From positions 101,328 through 165,327 of the forward strand of contig JACAEN010000026.1 of NCBI GenBank assembly GCA_013388845.1: a stretch of 64,000 nucleotides of DNA, given 5' to 3'. The notes under the pieces were generated by a model. That model worked only from the letters and a program-made list of their open reading frames with translations. It did not search any database and was not told the DNA's origin. Each line of letters begins with the position of its first letter. Within the stretch, counting starts at the first letter, position 1. Source of the stretch: Chloroflexota bacterium. GTDB taxonomy: Bacteria; Chloroflexota; Dehalococcoidia; GIF9; AB-539-J10. The translations under genes and the position numbers were made by a program. Below, in pieces: positions 19,677-29,756 of the stretch.

Positions 19677-20123
19677 ATGGAGAGTCGTGGCAGGGTAGGC
19701 GTGTCGCTACGTGTGTTCGCTCTTGTCCTCTGCGTGGCCTTAATCTTCACTCTGGCAGTGGTAGGATGGCTGGCACTGTAGGGAGAGCCCGAAGGGGAGG
19801 GGTACCTGATACCTGCTGAGTTCGAGAATCTGACCATACTCCGCATAGGCGGTGGTACCCTTGCCGCCCAGCTGGTTGACCGTTTAGAGGAGATGAAAGG
19901 CGACGTAGTTCGTTCGTCCGACATCCCGGAAGCTGTGGAGCTTAGTCCTGAGGTTGTTGTCATATTTGGTGGTGAGTGGTTTGAACAAAGAATTTATGAT
20001 GCGGAGCTTCATGACTTCCTCAGACTTGCCTCGTCGCGAGGTGCTAGCATGGTCATGGTTAGGGGGACCACCTCTAAGTTCTTTGAAGCGTTAGACACGG
20101 CTGGAATCATAGGATTCCTGTAA
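19677..20123 (+). pseudogene. ORF interrupted by an in-frame TAG: a 34 aa signal/TM peptide followed, after the TAG at 19779-19781, by a 113 aa domain
   Basis: RBS AGAGGGG upstream of the ATG at 19677. MESRGRVGVSLRVFALVLCVALIFTLAVVGWLAL-TAG-GEPEGEGYLIPAEFENLTILRIGGGTLAAQLV…IIGFL all lie in one frame. Confidence 0.35.
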
Positions 20124-20498
20124 CTGAGACTGGGGAAGTAAGAAACCCCGCTGCCGACAATCCACCTTTGGTAGGCTTCAGGATGAAGACAGAAGGTGGG
20201 TTTACGTTTCCTTGTTTGCTGTTTGGTTGGGGGACTGTCTCTGTGGAATCGCTTATTGGATTGCTTGCGTCAACAGCACAACCATTCTAGCTCTGACCTG
20301 CCAGGATGTGGCAATATCAGTGGCCAAATTCGGCATACCGGAATCCAACCTCCTAAGAAATCCAAACATCGAAATCCACAGGTCAAAACCTGAGACAAAT
20401 GGTGGTAAGGAGAATAGAGAATCCACTAGCCAATAGGAAAATCTTCTGAGCGCTGAATTCTCACTACTGACTACTGTCTACTAGTTTCCTAAAGGTGA

Positions 20499-20867
20499 TT
20501 ATCGAGCCGCAGAGGTAGTGGCTGCTTCCCGACCGAGCGACAACATCAGGTAACAATATGGCTTAATGTTACACACTGCCTCAGCAGACTCCATAAGGGC
20601 CTGAATCAACTGGTTAGAGGTGATAGGAAGAAGCTCAAAATTGGTAGGAAAAGTTAATTTAAGTGCATTGACTTTTGCCACATTGCCCGAGAGGTCGATG
20701 ATTTCCCCAAAGCCAATTGTTGTTATGGTGATGACTGTCATGTAGAGGGTGTCCACAAATGAGTATTGTTTGCCGCCGATGAACCAATAGCCCACCGTGC
20801 CTATCAGTAGGATAGCTATGAGGATGACAGCAGCCAAGACAAATCTTCTGTAAATTTTTAAAGCCAT
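20499..20867 (-). CDS. Small pore-loop (K+ channel-like, TIGFGE signature) membrane protein, possibly truncated
   Basis: TM1 – pore helix – TITTIGFGE selectivity-filter-like motif. The C-terminal tail is atypical. Confidence 0.45.
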   Translation of the reverse strand: MALKIYRRFVLAAVILIAILLIGTVGYWFIGGKQYSFVDTLYMTVITITTIGFGEIIDLSGNVAKVNALKLTFPTNFELLPITSNQLIQALMESAEAVCNIKPYCYLMLSLGREAATTSAAR

Positions 20868-21110
20868 CGTTGTCCCCGTATTTTATACGATAGACTGACT
20901 TGCCTCAAGGTCTGGCTTGCTGGTGGCTCAGTCCATGTGAATAAGGTATTGCTGAGGTGGTCAGCGGCAGGGGGCGGGCGCAGAGCAACGTGAGCATTCT
21001 CTGTGCAATTATCAGACTGGCACGTTTGGGTAGGCACGGCTCATGGCGGGATTGAATTACGAGGGAAGAGATATCACCCTCATCCTTCGATAAACTCAGG
21101 ACAGGCTCTG

Positions 21111-21137
21111 AATCCTCTCCCGTCGAGGGAGAGGATT
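21111..21137. terminator. Strong hairpin AATCCTCTCCC-gtcga-GGGAGAGGATT downstream of the NTPase gene
   Basis: 11 bp perfect stem. Its core matches the hairpin at 55384-55408. Confidence 0.5.
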
Positions 21138-21138
21138 C

Positions 21139-21657
21139 TTACTCTTCCGTTAGCCAGGTTAGGACTTTTCGCATTATCTCGGTGCGGTTGTCTCTGGTTA
21201 CCAGGAGGACTTCCACTTGGGGATGGCGTTTGATTTGGTCGGCAAAGGGGTGGGGGTTGAGCATGATGGTGCCCAGAACTTTTCGGCTGCTGTTCAGGGC
21301 TTGCATCACGGCTTCTCGGAACTGCGGCGAGAGAAGCTCCATCTTGCCAATCTCATCAATAACTATCAAGTCGCTTTTTTTCAGCGCTTGACGCAGAGCG
21401 GAAACGCCCACCCTGTCCAAGGCATCGGTGTCCACTCGGTATTTGCTTACCTGACGAGGGCTGGAGATGTTAATGTGGGCTAATATCGCCTCCTGTCCAT
21501 CGAGGGTGACAATGCGGAACCCCTGCCTTACTCCCCCTGTCCGTATCTCTTCGGTGTAGAAGCCACCGCCTTGGACTTTGGTTCTGGCTAGCGCCTCTTT
21601 AATGAGAGCAGTTTTACCCACCCCTGGTTTTCCGGCGAGCAGGAGGCTTCTTTTCAT
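21139..21657 (-). CDS. THEP1/COG1618-family NTPase
   Basis: Walker A LLAGKPGVGKT and Walker B LIVIDEIG. Size and order match the THEP1 family. Confidence 0.75.
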   Translation of the reverse strand: MKRSLLLAGKPGVGKTALIKEALARTKVQGGGFYTEEIRTGGVRQGFRIVTLDGQEAILAHINISSPRQVSKYRVDTDALDRVGVSALRQALKKSDLIVIDEIGKMELLSPQFREAVMQALNSSRKVLGTIMLNPHPFADQIKRHPQVEVLLVTRDNRTEIMRKVLTWLTEE

Positions 21658-22017
21658 CTTTTTCTTTCTCTGCTACAGTTTCCGCCTTCGCTTGTTGCTC
21701 TGCTAAGGCCTGAGCCTTTCTCTTTTCCTTAAGCTTCTTTTGGCGTCGGCGATGTTTTAAGGCAGCTACTCTTTTCCTCTTATTCATCTCCCCTGCGCTA
21801 GATATAAATCTTGGTGGTTATTTTACCATATTGAGGGTGAGGTGCACTTTGATATTTGGGTAGTAGATAGGTAAATGCTAAAATTCCGTTAAGATTTAGG
21901 CAGCCGTGGCAATTTTATAGTGAGCTGGGGATAGGAGAGGGGGGGATACATCCTCGCCTGTCCTCTCCCTTCAAAAGAGAAGGATTCCTATGGAGATTTC
22001 TGGTCATACTATAATAG

Positions 22018-23382
22018 CTATCTCTTATATTTCCATCTTGTTCCTTGAGGGGTATCTTCAATGGTTACTCCTAAATTGGCTAACCCACTCCTAATTTTAT
22101 CGGCTAGCTGCCACTGCTGGTTTTGCCGTAAATCATCCCTAGTGGATACCAAGAGACTGATGAATGCTTCTGCGTCCGGTGTAACTTGTGTCTTTCCTTT
22201 TAAAGTAAGACCTAGGATGCCTGCTAGCTTGGATAAGGTATGCTGCGCTTTAGTTATATTTACACCTTGTTCTGCGCCACGGTTTATTTCCTTCATCAAT
22301 TCGAAGAGGACGGCTATTGCCTGTGCAGTATTGAAGTCGTCGTCCATAGCTTCGACAAATTTCTGCTCGGAGGGCTCCGCCTTGAGTATAGTAGCTCCCT
22401 TGTCTGCATTAGCTCGATGGGTCAATGCCCAACGCAATCTTTCTGCAGCCCTCTCGTTTGCTTCCAGAGCCTCCTCACTGTAGATGAGTGGATTCCGATA
22501 ATGCGAGCTAAGGATAAAAAGGCGAATAGCATCGGAACTAAAGCGACCCAAAGCGTCTTTGATGCTTACCAAATTACCTGTACTCTTACTCATTTTTTGC
22601 TTATCCTGCTGCATCAACCCATTATGTAGCCAGTATCGGACAAAAGGAGTCTCCTGGGTAAAACTTTCTGATTGAGCTATTTCGTTCTCGTGATGAGGAA
22701 AGACAAGGTCTTGCCCGCCACCATGGATATCAATAGTGTCGTCGAGGTGCTTTAACGCCATAGCACTACATTCAATGTGCCACCCTGGCCTACCCTCCCC
22801 CCAAGGGCTCTCCCAGAAAGGCTCACCAGGTTTTGACGCTTTCCATAAAGCGAAATCTAACGGATACTCTTTCTTTTCTTGATAGTTGCTAGCTTTAGGA
22901 ATCATCTCTGGCAGGCTCCGGTGACTTAGTTTGCCATAGTGGGGAAAATTCCTGACGCGGAAGTAAATACTTCCCTCAGACTCGTAAGCGTAGCCCTTAG
23001 CTAGCAGACCTTGGATAATTTCAATAATTTTTGGTATTTCCTCGCTTGCTTTGGGATAGACATCGGCCCGCTCTACATTCAATGCATCCATGTCGGAAAA
23101 ATATCGGTCAACATATTTGTTGGCTAGCTCTGCTGGTGGAATTCCTAACTGGTTAGCACGCTCTATGATCTTATCGTCGATGTCGGTAAAGTTTTGTACG
23201 TGTTTAACTTTATAGCCCTTGAATCTCAGGTAGCGTTTGATCACATCAAAGATTATGTAAGTCATGGCGTGCCCAATATGGCTTTCGTCGTAAGCAGTAA
23301 TGCCACAGACATACATGGTTACCACTTCGCTGCGGGGATGAAAATCATCCTTTCGTCCGGTTAGGGTATTAAACACTTTCAT
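22018..23382 (-). CDS. cysS: Cysteinyl-tRNA synthetase (class I)
   Basis: HIGH (ESHIGHAMTY), the zinc-binding Cys, and KMSKS (KMSKSTGN). 454 aa. Confidence 0.9.
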   Translation of the reverse strand: MKVFNTLTGRKDDFHPRSEVVTMYVCGITAYDESHIGHAMTYIIFDVIKRYLRFKGYKVKHVQNFTDIDDKIIERANQLGIPPAELANKYVDRYFSDMDALNVERADVYPKASEEIPKIIEIIQGLLAKGYAYESEGSIYFRVRNFPHYGKLSHRSLPEMIPKASNYQEKKEYPLDFALWKASKPGEPFWESPWGEGRPGWHIECSAMALKHLDDTIDIHGGGQDLVFPHHENEIAQSESFTQETPFVRYWLHNGLMQQDKQKMSKSTGNLVSIKDALGRFSSDAIRLFILSSHYRNPLIYSEEALEANERAAERLRWALTHRANADKGATILKAEPSEQKFVEAMDDDFNTAQAIAVLFELMKEINRGAEQGVNITKAQHTLSKLAGILGLTLKGKTQVTPDAEAFISLLVSTRDDLRQNQQWQLADKIRSGLANLGVTIEDTPQGTRWKYKR

Positions 23383-23464
23383 CTCTTTGCCCCGGGGGTG
23401 ATTGATAACTTTCCCAGTTCTATTCAGTGAATCACATCTCAGGTCAGCTAATTTTTTTGGAAAC

Positions 23465-23493
23465 TTGACAAATTCATGACCCCATGCTATTAT
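23465..23493 (+). promoter_or_regulatory. Sigma70-like promoter (TTGACA-17 nt-TATTAT) for the Rrf2 regulator operon
   Basis: TTGACA at 23465-23470, 17 nt spacer, TATTAT at 23488-23493. Confidence 0.55.
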
Positions 23494-23495
23494 AT

Positions 23496-23515
23496 ACTAA
23501 AATGATTATTTTAGT
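23496..23515 (+). promoter_or_regulatory. 20 bp AT-rich palindrome (ACTAAAATGATTATTTTAGT), a candidate Rrf2/CymR-type operator between the -10 box and the RBS
   Basis: 9 of 10 positions are symmetric. Its position overlaps the transcription start region of the downstream Rrf2 gene, which would suit autoregulation. Confidence 0.45.
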
Positions 23516-23535
23516 CAACAATTCAGGAGAAGTCA

Positions 23536-23979
23536 ATGAAACTTTCTACTAGGGGACGATACGGAGTCAGGGCACTTTTGGATTTAGCTCTTCATTCTTG
23601 TGAAGGAACCGTGCTACTAAGGGATATTGCCCGAAGGCAGGAGATTTCACTGCCCTACCTAGAGCACGTGATCACTCCCCTAGTAGCTGCTGGTCTGATG
23701 AAGACCACCCGCGGGCCTCGGGGCGGTGTTTTGCTACTTAAGTCTCCTGCAGAGATTAAGCTCAGTGAGGTGATTGGATTTCTGGAAGGCTCCATTGCCC
23801 CGGTGGATTGTGTTGATAATCCCGATGTGTGTCGCCGCTCTGCTTTTTGTGTTACCCGGGATATCTGGGGCGAGGTGAAGGAGGCCGTGCATCAGGTCTT
23901 AGATTCTATAACCTTACAAGACCTGGTTGAGCGTCAGAGGGAAAAGGGGCAAACAGGTACAGGGATGTATTACATTTGA
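23536..23979 (+). CDS. Rrf2-family transcriptional regulator (CymR/IscR-like)
   Basis: MKLSTRGRYGVRALLDLA… is a typical Rrf2 wHTH. It heads an operon containing cysK and cysE. Confidence 0.85.
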   Translation: MKLSTRGRYGVRALLDLALHSCEGTVLLRDIARRQEISLPYLEHVITPLVAAGLMKTTRGPRGGVLLLKSPAEIKLSEVIGFLEGSIAPVDCVDNPDVCRRSAFCVTRDIWGEVKEAVHQVLDSITLQDLVERQREKGQTGTGMYYI

Positions 23980-24064
23980 ATAGCCTTAGCCTCGGGAAAT
24001 GTGTTCATAAAACGTGGGTAGGCATTTTAGAGATTATTTTGTTTATGAATCGGAGGAAAGTGAA

Positions 24065-25078
24065 ATGGCAAAGATAACTCAAAACGTGGAGAGGCTTAAA
24101 TACAAGACGATAGAGCTACCGAAGCTAACCAGAGGGATAGCCAGAGATTCTACCGAGTTAATTGGGAATACACCTCTGGTCAGGCTGAACCGGGTGACTG
24201 AGGGGGTGAAGGCCGAGGTGGTGGCTAAGCTTGAATCCTTTAATCCCCTGGGAAGCGTAAAGGATAGAATTGGAGTATCTATGATTGTTGATGCTGAAGA
24301 GAAGGGGCTGATCGGCAAAGATACGGTGATTGTCGAACCAACTAGTGGCAATACTGGAATTGCCCTAGCTTTTGTCTGCGCTGCCAGGGGATACAGGCTT
24401 ATTCTCACCATGCCTGATACTATGTCTGTGGAGCGGAGGCAGCTTCTGTCTATTTTGGGAGCTGAGCTGGTCTTGACCCCTGGGGCGGAAGGGATGCCGG
24501 GAGCGGTGAAGAAAGCGGAACAATTGGTGGCGGAAAATCCCGATTATTTTATGCCCCAACAGTTTAATAATCCGGCAAATCCTGAGATACACCGACTGAC
24601 CACAGCAGAAGAAATCTGGAGGGATACTGGAGGTGAAGTAGATATTCTGGTTGCTGGTGTAGGAACGGGAGGGACAATCACAGGAGTGGCTGAGGTGATA
24701 AAGAAAAGGAAACCCGAATTTAAAGCTATAGCTGTTGAGCCTGCTGCTTCCCCAGTTCTTTCTGGGGGCAAGCCTGGCTCTCACAAAATTCAGGGTATCG
24801 GCGCGGGATTCATCCCCCAAATTCTCAGGCTAGATCTGGTTGATGAGATTATCAGGGTTACCAATGAGGATGCCGGGGCTATGGCCAGGAGATTAGCTAA
24901 AGAGGAAGGGATATTGGCTGGCATATCCTCAGGTGCAGCAACTTGGGCAGCGTTGGAGGCGGCCAAAAGAACAGAAAACAAAGACAAGCTTATCGTGGTA
25001 GTTTTGCCTGACACGGGAGAGCGCTATCTGTCCACCTGGCTTTTCCAAGAACTTTACCAAGCGGCATCGGGTCCGTAA
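24065..25078 (+). CDS. cysK: Cysteine synthase A / O-acetylserine sulfhydrylase (CysK/MccA family)
   Basis: …IGNTPLVRL…SVKDRIG…[12 protein letters not shown]…[10 protein letters not shown]… motifs. RBS GGAGGAAAG before the ATG at 24065. N-terminal extension of about 20 aa. Confidence 0.85.
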   Translation: MAKITQNVERLKYKTIELPKLTRGIARDSTELIGNTPLVRLNRVTEGVKAEVVAKLESFNPLGSVKDRIGVSMIVDAEEKGLIGKDTVIVEPTSGNTGIALAFVCAARGYRLILTMPDTMSVERRQLLSILGAELVLTPGAEGMPGAVKKAEQLVAENPDYFMPQQFNNPANPEIHRLTTAEEIWRDTGGEVDILVAGVGTGGTITGVAEVIKKRKPEFKAIAVEPAASPVLSGGKPGSHKIQGIGAGFIPQILRLDLVDEIIRVTNEDAGAMARRLAKEEGILAGISSGAATWAALEAAKRTENKDKLIVVVLPDTGERYLSTWLFQELYQAASGP

Positions 25079-25151
25079 AAAGTGGAATGTATTACACGCT
25101 GAGCTGGAGAAATTTATCTACAGCCTAGCCAAAAAGCGAAAGGAGGAGTAA

Positions 25152-25955
25152 ATGAAGTTTTCAGAAATATCGGAAAAACAGGTTACGAAGGCGATCATAT
25201 CAGAGTTCAGCAGAGAATTTGAGGATTACATCGAAACTGATGTAATCGTAGTAGGTGCCGGACCTAGCGGGCTTATTGCCTCAAAAGAACTCGCGGAGAA
25301 GGGCATAAAAACGCTCCTTATCGAGAGCAACAACTACCTCGGTGGAGGCTTTTGGATCGGTGGCTATCTAATGAATAAGATAACACTGAGGGCTCCTGCT
25401 CAGGCGATTCTGAATGAAATTGGAGTCCCCTATAAAGAGGCAGAAGGGGGATTGTATGTGGCAAATGGACCACATGCATGCTCTAAGTTAATTGCCGCCG
25501 CTTGTGACGCCGGCGTTAAGGTATTAAGCATGACGAAGTTCGATGATGTGGTGGTAAGGGAAAACCGTGTCTGTGGGGTGGTCATCAACTGGACGCCTGT
25601 ATCAGCACTTCCGAGGGCAATCACCTGCGTCGACCCAATTGGTATTGAATCAAAACTTGTGATTGATGCCACGGGACACGATGCTGCAGTTGCTCGCTCG
25701 CTCGAAGAGCGAGGTCTGGTGAATATCAAAGGGCTTGGCGCCATGTGGGTTGCACAATCAGAGGACGCGGTTCTTGAGTATACAAAAGAGATATACCCGG
25801 GTCTGATTGTAACAGGAATGGCGGTTGCCACCACATTTGGTCTTCCCAGGATGGGTCCAACTTTTGGCGCTATGCTCTTCTCAGGAAAGAAGGCTGCAAA
25901 AGCTGCTCTGGAGCTCTTATCAAAGGAACAGTCTCTAGTCGGCATCACCTCTTAA
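25152..25955 (+). CDS. thi4: Thi4-family thiazole synthase, paralog 1 (Cys at the putative sulfur-donor position: …AITCVDP…)
   Basis: [14 protein letters not shown] motif and …[11 protein letters not shown]… give a full-length Thi4 alignment. Confidence 0.8.
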   Translation: MKFSEISEKQVTKAIISEFSREFEDYIETDVIVVGAGPSGLIASKELAEKGIKTLLIESNNYLGGGFWIGGYLMNKITLRAPAQAILNEIGVPYKEAEGGLYVANGPHACSKLIAAACDAGVKVLSMTKFDDVVVRENRVCGVVINWTPVSALPRAITCVDPIGIESKLVIDATGHDAAVARSLEERGLVNIKGLGAMWVAQSEDAVLEYTKEIYPGLIVTGMAVATTFGLPRMGPTFGAMLFSGKKAAKAALELLSKEQSLVGITS

Positions 25956-26006
25956 GAAGTATATCCCTACAAAAGCTAGTTGACAGGTAACAGGGAAAAA
26001 CGATTA

Positions 26007-26720
26007 ATGTTTAAAACGTTAAGAGAGGATATTCAAACGGTTTTTGCCAAGGACCCGGCAGCAAGGAGCACGCTGGAGGTCATCTTCTGCTATCCCGGCC
26101 TCCACGCCCTGTGGTTTCATCGTTTCAGCCATTTCTTATGGAGGCATAAGCTGCGATTTTTGGCGCGTCTACTCTCCCACTTTAATCGCTTCTTAACTGG
26201 CATCGAGATTCACCCTGGAGCTAGAGTTGGCCGGAGGTTCTTTATTGACCATGGGGCAGGGGTGGTTATCGGGGAGACAGCTGAGATTGGGGACGATGTC
26301 TTGCTGTATCAGGGGGCTGTCTTAGGGGGAACAACCTTAAGGAGGGGAAAACGCCACCCCACCATTGGCAATAACGTGGTGATGGGAGCTGGTGCGATAG
26401 CCCTAGGCGCTATTACGATCGGCGATAATGCCCGAATCGGTGCTGGCTCAGTGGTGGTAAAGTCGATACCGCCTGGGGCTACGGTGGTGGGAATTCCAGG
26501 AAGAATAGCAGAAGACCACCGAAAGCCGCTCATGGATTTGGAGCACGGTAACCTGCCTGACCCAGTGGCGGAAGCCATCAGGTTTGTCTTAAGGAAGCAG
26601 GACAGGTTAGAGGAACGCCTGAGAAAATTAGAGAGTGCTACTGGAATAGCATCTCTCGAAGAGGAGTTACAAGAGAAGCTAATGATAGAAGCAATATTCA
26701 GCCAGGGAGGGGGCATATGA
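26007..26720 (+). CDS. cysE: Serine O-acetyltransferase
   Basis: N-terminal SATase helix region ([15 protein letters not shown]…) and hexapeptide repeats ([26 protein letters not shown]…). The start is ambiguous; a TTG at 25980 is the alternative. Confidence 0.8.
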   Translation: MFKTLREDIQTVFAKDPAARSTLEVIFCYPGLHALWFHRFSHFLWRHKLRFLARLLSHFNRFLTGIEIHPGARVGRRFFIDHGAGVVIGETAEIGDDVLLYQGAVLGGTTLRRGKRHPTIGNNVVMGAGAIALGAITIGDNARIGAGSVVVKSIPPGATVVGIPGRIAEDHRKPLMDLEHGNLPDPVAEAIRFVLRKQDRLEERLRKLESATGIASLEEELQEKLMIEAIFSQGGGI

Positions 26721-27859
26721 AATTTGAGACCATTGCTATTCACGCTGGAGGGAGGCCGGATAGGGCCTTTGGCGCTGTCTCGGTGCCTATCTACCAAACA
26801 TCAACCTTTGTCTTTGAGGATGTCGGTAAGACAAAAGGCTACGACTACTCTCGCACGGCAAATCCGACGAGAAAGGTTCTAGAAGATACCATTGCTCAGC
26901 TTGAAGGGGGGAAAGCTGGCTTCGCCTTCGCCACTGGAATGGCGGCTGAGACTACGGTTATGCATCTTCTGAAAGCGGGCGACCATGTAATCTCGGGAGA
27001 CGATGTTTATGGAGGAACCTACAGATTATTTCAAGATGTGATGAGCGCCTTTGGATTGGAATTCACCTTTCTTAGACTAGACAAACGGGAAGGAATTGAA
27101 GAAGCAATAAAGCCTAGTACCAAGATGCTGTGGCTAGAAACGCCCTCCAATCCGCTGCTCAACATCATTGACATCGAGATGGTGGTTGATATTGCTAAAA
27201 AACATAAACTGCTAACAGTAGCAGATAATACCTTTGCCACCCCTTATTTCTTAAGACCAATTGAATACGGGGTTGACCTCGTTGTTCACTCCACTACCAA
27301 GTATCTCAACGGGCACTGCGATGTTGTTGGTGGCGCTGTGGTGACCGCCACCGATGAACTAACTCAAAAGGTGCAATTTCTACTCAATGCCATGGGAACC
27401 TGTGCTGCTCCCTTCGACTGCTGGTTGGTGCTTCGTGGGATTGAGACTCTCCCAGTGAGAATGAAGCAACATGAGGAGAATGCCCTTACCGTGGCAAACT
27501 ACCTTAAGAGGCATCCCAGAGTAAAGAGAGTGCTTTATCCTGGGCTCAGATCTCATCCGGGACACGAAATCGCCAAAAAACAGATGAAAGGATTCGGTGG
27601 GGTGGTATCTTTTGAACTAGGAACTAGTATTGAAGCTGTCAATACTTTTCTAAGAAAGCTCAGGGTCTTTTCCTTGGCGGAATCGTTGGGTGGCGTCGTC
27701 TCTCTTGCTGAGCATCCAGCTACCATGAGTCATGCCTCGATGCCCGAGGATTATAGGGAGAGGGTGGGGATTAGCGATGAACTCATCAGGTTATCGGTTG
27801 GTTTGGAAAATGTTGACGATTTGATCCAAGATTTGGAGCAGGCGCTCGGTGGCCTGTGA
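26717..27859 (+). CDS. Cys/Met-metabolism PLP enzyme (cystathionine gamma-synthase/gamma-lyase family; MetB/MccB-like)
   Basis: …IYQTSTF…, the PLP lysine in …[10 protein letters not shown]…, 380 aa. Confidence 0.8.
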   Translation: MKFETIAIHAGGRPDRAFGAVSVPIYQTSTFVFEDVGKTKGYDYSRTANPTRKVLEDTIAQLEGGKAGFAFATGMAAETTVMHLLKAGDHVISGDDVYGGTYRLFQDVMSAFGLEFTFLRLDKREGIEEAIKPSTKMLWLETPSNPLLNIIDIEMVVDIAKKHKLLTVADNTFATPYFLRPIEYGVDLVVHSTTKYLNGHCDVVGGAVVTATDELTQKVQFLLNAMGTCAAPFDCWLVLRGIETLPVRMKQHEENALTVANYLKRHPRVKRVLYPGLRSHPGHEIAKKQMKGFGGVVSFELGTSIEAVNTFLRKLRVFSLAESLGGVVSLAEHPATMSHASMPEDYRERVGISDELIRLSVGLENVDDLIQDLEQALGGL

Positions 27860-27869
27860 AGGACGGTTG

Positions 27870-29060
27870 ATGAAACTATACCAGGTAGTTGTAAAAGACA
27901 TTATGAGAAGGAAAAAACGAGTGCTATATGCCTCGCTGGGCGTGGTTATTGGTATTACAACAATCATTGCCGTGCTGACAATTGCCCTTGCCGGGCAAAC
28001 GAATATCTATGGTCAATTGGAAAAATATGGCGCTAATTTAGTCGTCATGCCTGCAATAAGCGATATTGATATAGGATTAGGCGATCTAAGTCTCGGCACT
28101 TTGGCAGTGGGAGAAAATTACATTTCCGAAGACAAATTGCCCCAGGTCAGACAAATAGCAGATGGCAAGATAAGAGAGGCATTGAATATCGAAGATGAGG
28201 CAGATATTGCCACGATTGCTCCGAAACTCTACATGAACACCAAGGTAAATGGAACGTCTGTAATAGTAGTTGGAATAGACCCTCAAGAAGAGCGCCAACT
28301 CAAGACGTGGTGGAGAGTCTCAAAAGGGAGGTACCTCGAAGCCCCAGACGAGGCACTGGTTGGGGCAATAGCCGCTGAGCTACTAAAATTCAATGTAGGC
28401 GACAAAATTACACTTAACGGGGCAGAGCTAACCATTACCGGCATTCTCGAGGAGACAGGCTCAAACGAAGATTATCAGGTTTTCATTCCTATGGAAACGG
28501 CACAGAAGGCATTCGATAAAGAGGGATTGGTTTCCTCAGTAGACATTCGTGCACTGTGCAATGCATGCCCTACCTCAGATATTGCGAGTGCCATTAACGA
28601 GAACATGCCGGGAGTCCGTGCAGTTGCCGTAAAGCAAATAGCTGAAACTGAAATGGGCATGCTGGAGAAGATAAGTAAGTTTCTATTCGCTTTAGCTGCA
28701 ATCACATTGGCCGTCGGATGCTTTGGTGTGGTCAACACGATGATGACCTCGGTTCATGAAAGAATCAAGGACATCGGCATAATGAGAGCAGTGGGGGCAT
28801 CACGCAATCAAATAATGAAGATTTTCCTCTACGAGGCCGTTATCGTTGGGATAGCTGGGGGCTTCCTTGGTTATCTAGCTGGGACTTTACTAGCATATCT
28901 AATCGGGCCGCTGATTTTTGGGGGCCTAGCCGTTACTTATGTTCCCCAGTATTTCCTCCCTTCATTGGCTCTGGCTACCTTTATTGCCATCATAGCGAGC
29001 GTGTACCCTGCGTTCCGTGCCTCCAGAATTAAGGTCGCTGACTCTTTCAGATCATTGTGA
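27870..29060 (+). CDS. ABC transporter permease, FtsX/MacB-like
   Basis: N-terminal TM helix, large periplasmic domain, and a C-terminal 3-TM FtsX domain. Confidence 0.75.
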   Translation: MKLYQVVVKDIMRRKKRVLYASLGVVIGITTIIAVLTIALAGQTNIYGQLEKYGANLVVMPAISDIDIGLGDLSLGTLAVGENYISEDKLPQVRQIADGKIREALNIEDEADIATIAPKLYMNTKVNGTSVIVVGIDPQEERQLKTWWRVSKGRYLEAPDEALVGAIAAELLKFNVGDKITLNGAELTITGILEETGSNEDYQVFIPMETAQKAFDKEGLVSSVDIRALCNACPTSDIASAINENMPGVRAVAVKQIAETEMGMLEKISKFLFALAAITLAVGCFGVVNTMMTSVHERIKDIGIMRAVGASRNQIMKIFLYEAVIVGIAGGFLGYLAGTLLAYLIGPLIFGGLAVTYVPQYFLPSLALATFIAIIASVYPAFRASRIKVADSFRSL

Positions 29061-29069
29061 GGTAGCAAA

Positions 29070-29756
29070 ATGCTGGAAATCAAAAACATATCGAAAGTCT
29101 ACGGAGCGGGCACAACTAAAGTAGTTGCCTTAAATAACGTTTCCCTTCGTGTGAACAAAGGCGATTTCATAGCCGTTATGGGGCCTTCTGGAAGTGGAAA
29201 GTCCACTCTTCTGAATATCATCGGTGGTTTAGATTCTCCTTCCAGCGGCGAAGTGCTTTTAGACGCTAAACGCATCGACAATCTGGATGAGAATGCCCTC
29301 GTTGAGATCAGAAGGGAGAAAATTGCCTACGTTTTTCAGGAATATCATCTGATTCCATCGCTCACTGCTCTTGAAAATGTCCTTTTGCCTTTGACATTCT
29401 GCGGGGCGAATAAGAAAGACCAGAAAGCATTGGATATCTTGAAAAGAGTGGGGCTAGAAAAAAGGGCTGAACATAAGCCCAGCCAGTTAAGCGGCGGTGA
29501 GCAACAGAGAGTAGCAATTGCTAGAGCCCTGGTTAATGACCCATCTCTTATTCTAGCGGACGAGCCAACGGGCAATATGGACCGGAAAACGGGAAAGGAA
29601 ATCTTAGCTTTATTCGATCAACTAAACAGAGAGGGTCGCAGCATTGTTATGGTTACTCATGACCCTGAGATAGCTGAGTATGCCAAAGAAATCGTAGTTC
29701 TCCAAGATGGTCAGATTGTAGACAAGATTAATCAAGAAGGAGGCAATAAATGTTGA
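29070..29756 (+). CDS. ABC transporter ATP-binding protein (MacB/LolD-type)
   Basis: Walker [10 protein letters not shown], signature LSGGEQQR, Walker B ILADEPT. Confidence 0.9.
   Translation: MLEIKNISKVYGAGTTKVVALNNVSLRVNKGDFIAVMGPSGSGKSTLLNIIGGLDSPSSGEVLLDAKRIDNLDENALVEIRREKIAYVFQEYHLIPSLTALENVLLPLTFCGANKKDQKALDILKRVGLEKRAEHKPSQLSGGEQQRVAIARALVNDPSLILADEPTGNMDRKTGKEILALFDQLNREGRSIVMVTHDPEIAEYAKEIVVLQDGQIVDKINQEGGNKC

Noticed and set aside
24365-24820. 151 aa minus-strand ORF
   Set aside because: It is antisense to the strongly supported cysK gene and has no RBS.
25980-26008. TTGACA-17 nt-ATTAAT promoter-like match in front of cysE
   Set aside because: The -10 hexamer overlaps the most plausible cysE start codon, and there are only 24 nt between the thi4 stop and this site. 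Co-transcription with the upstream genes is more likely, and the match is probably fortuitous.
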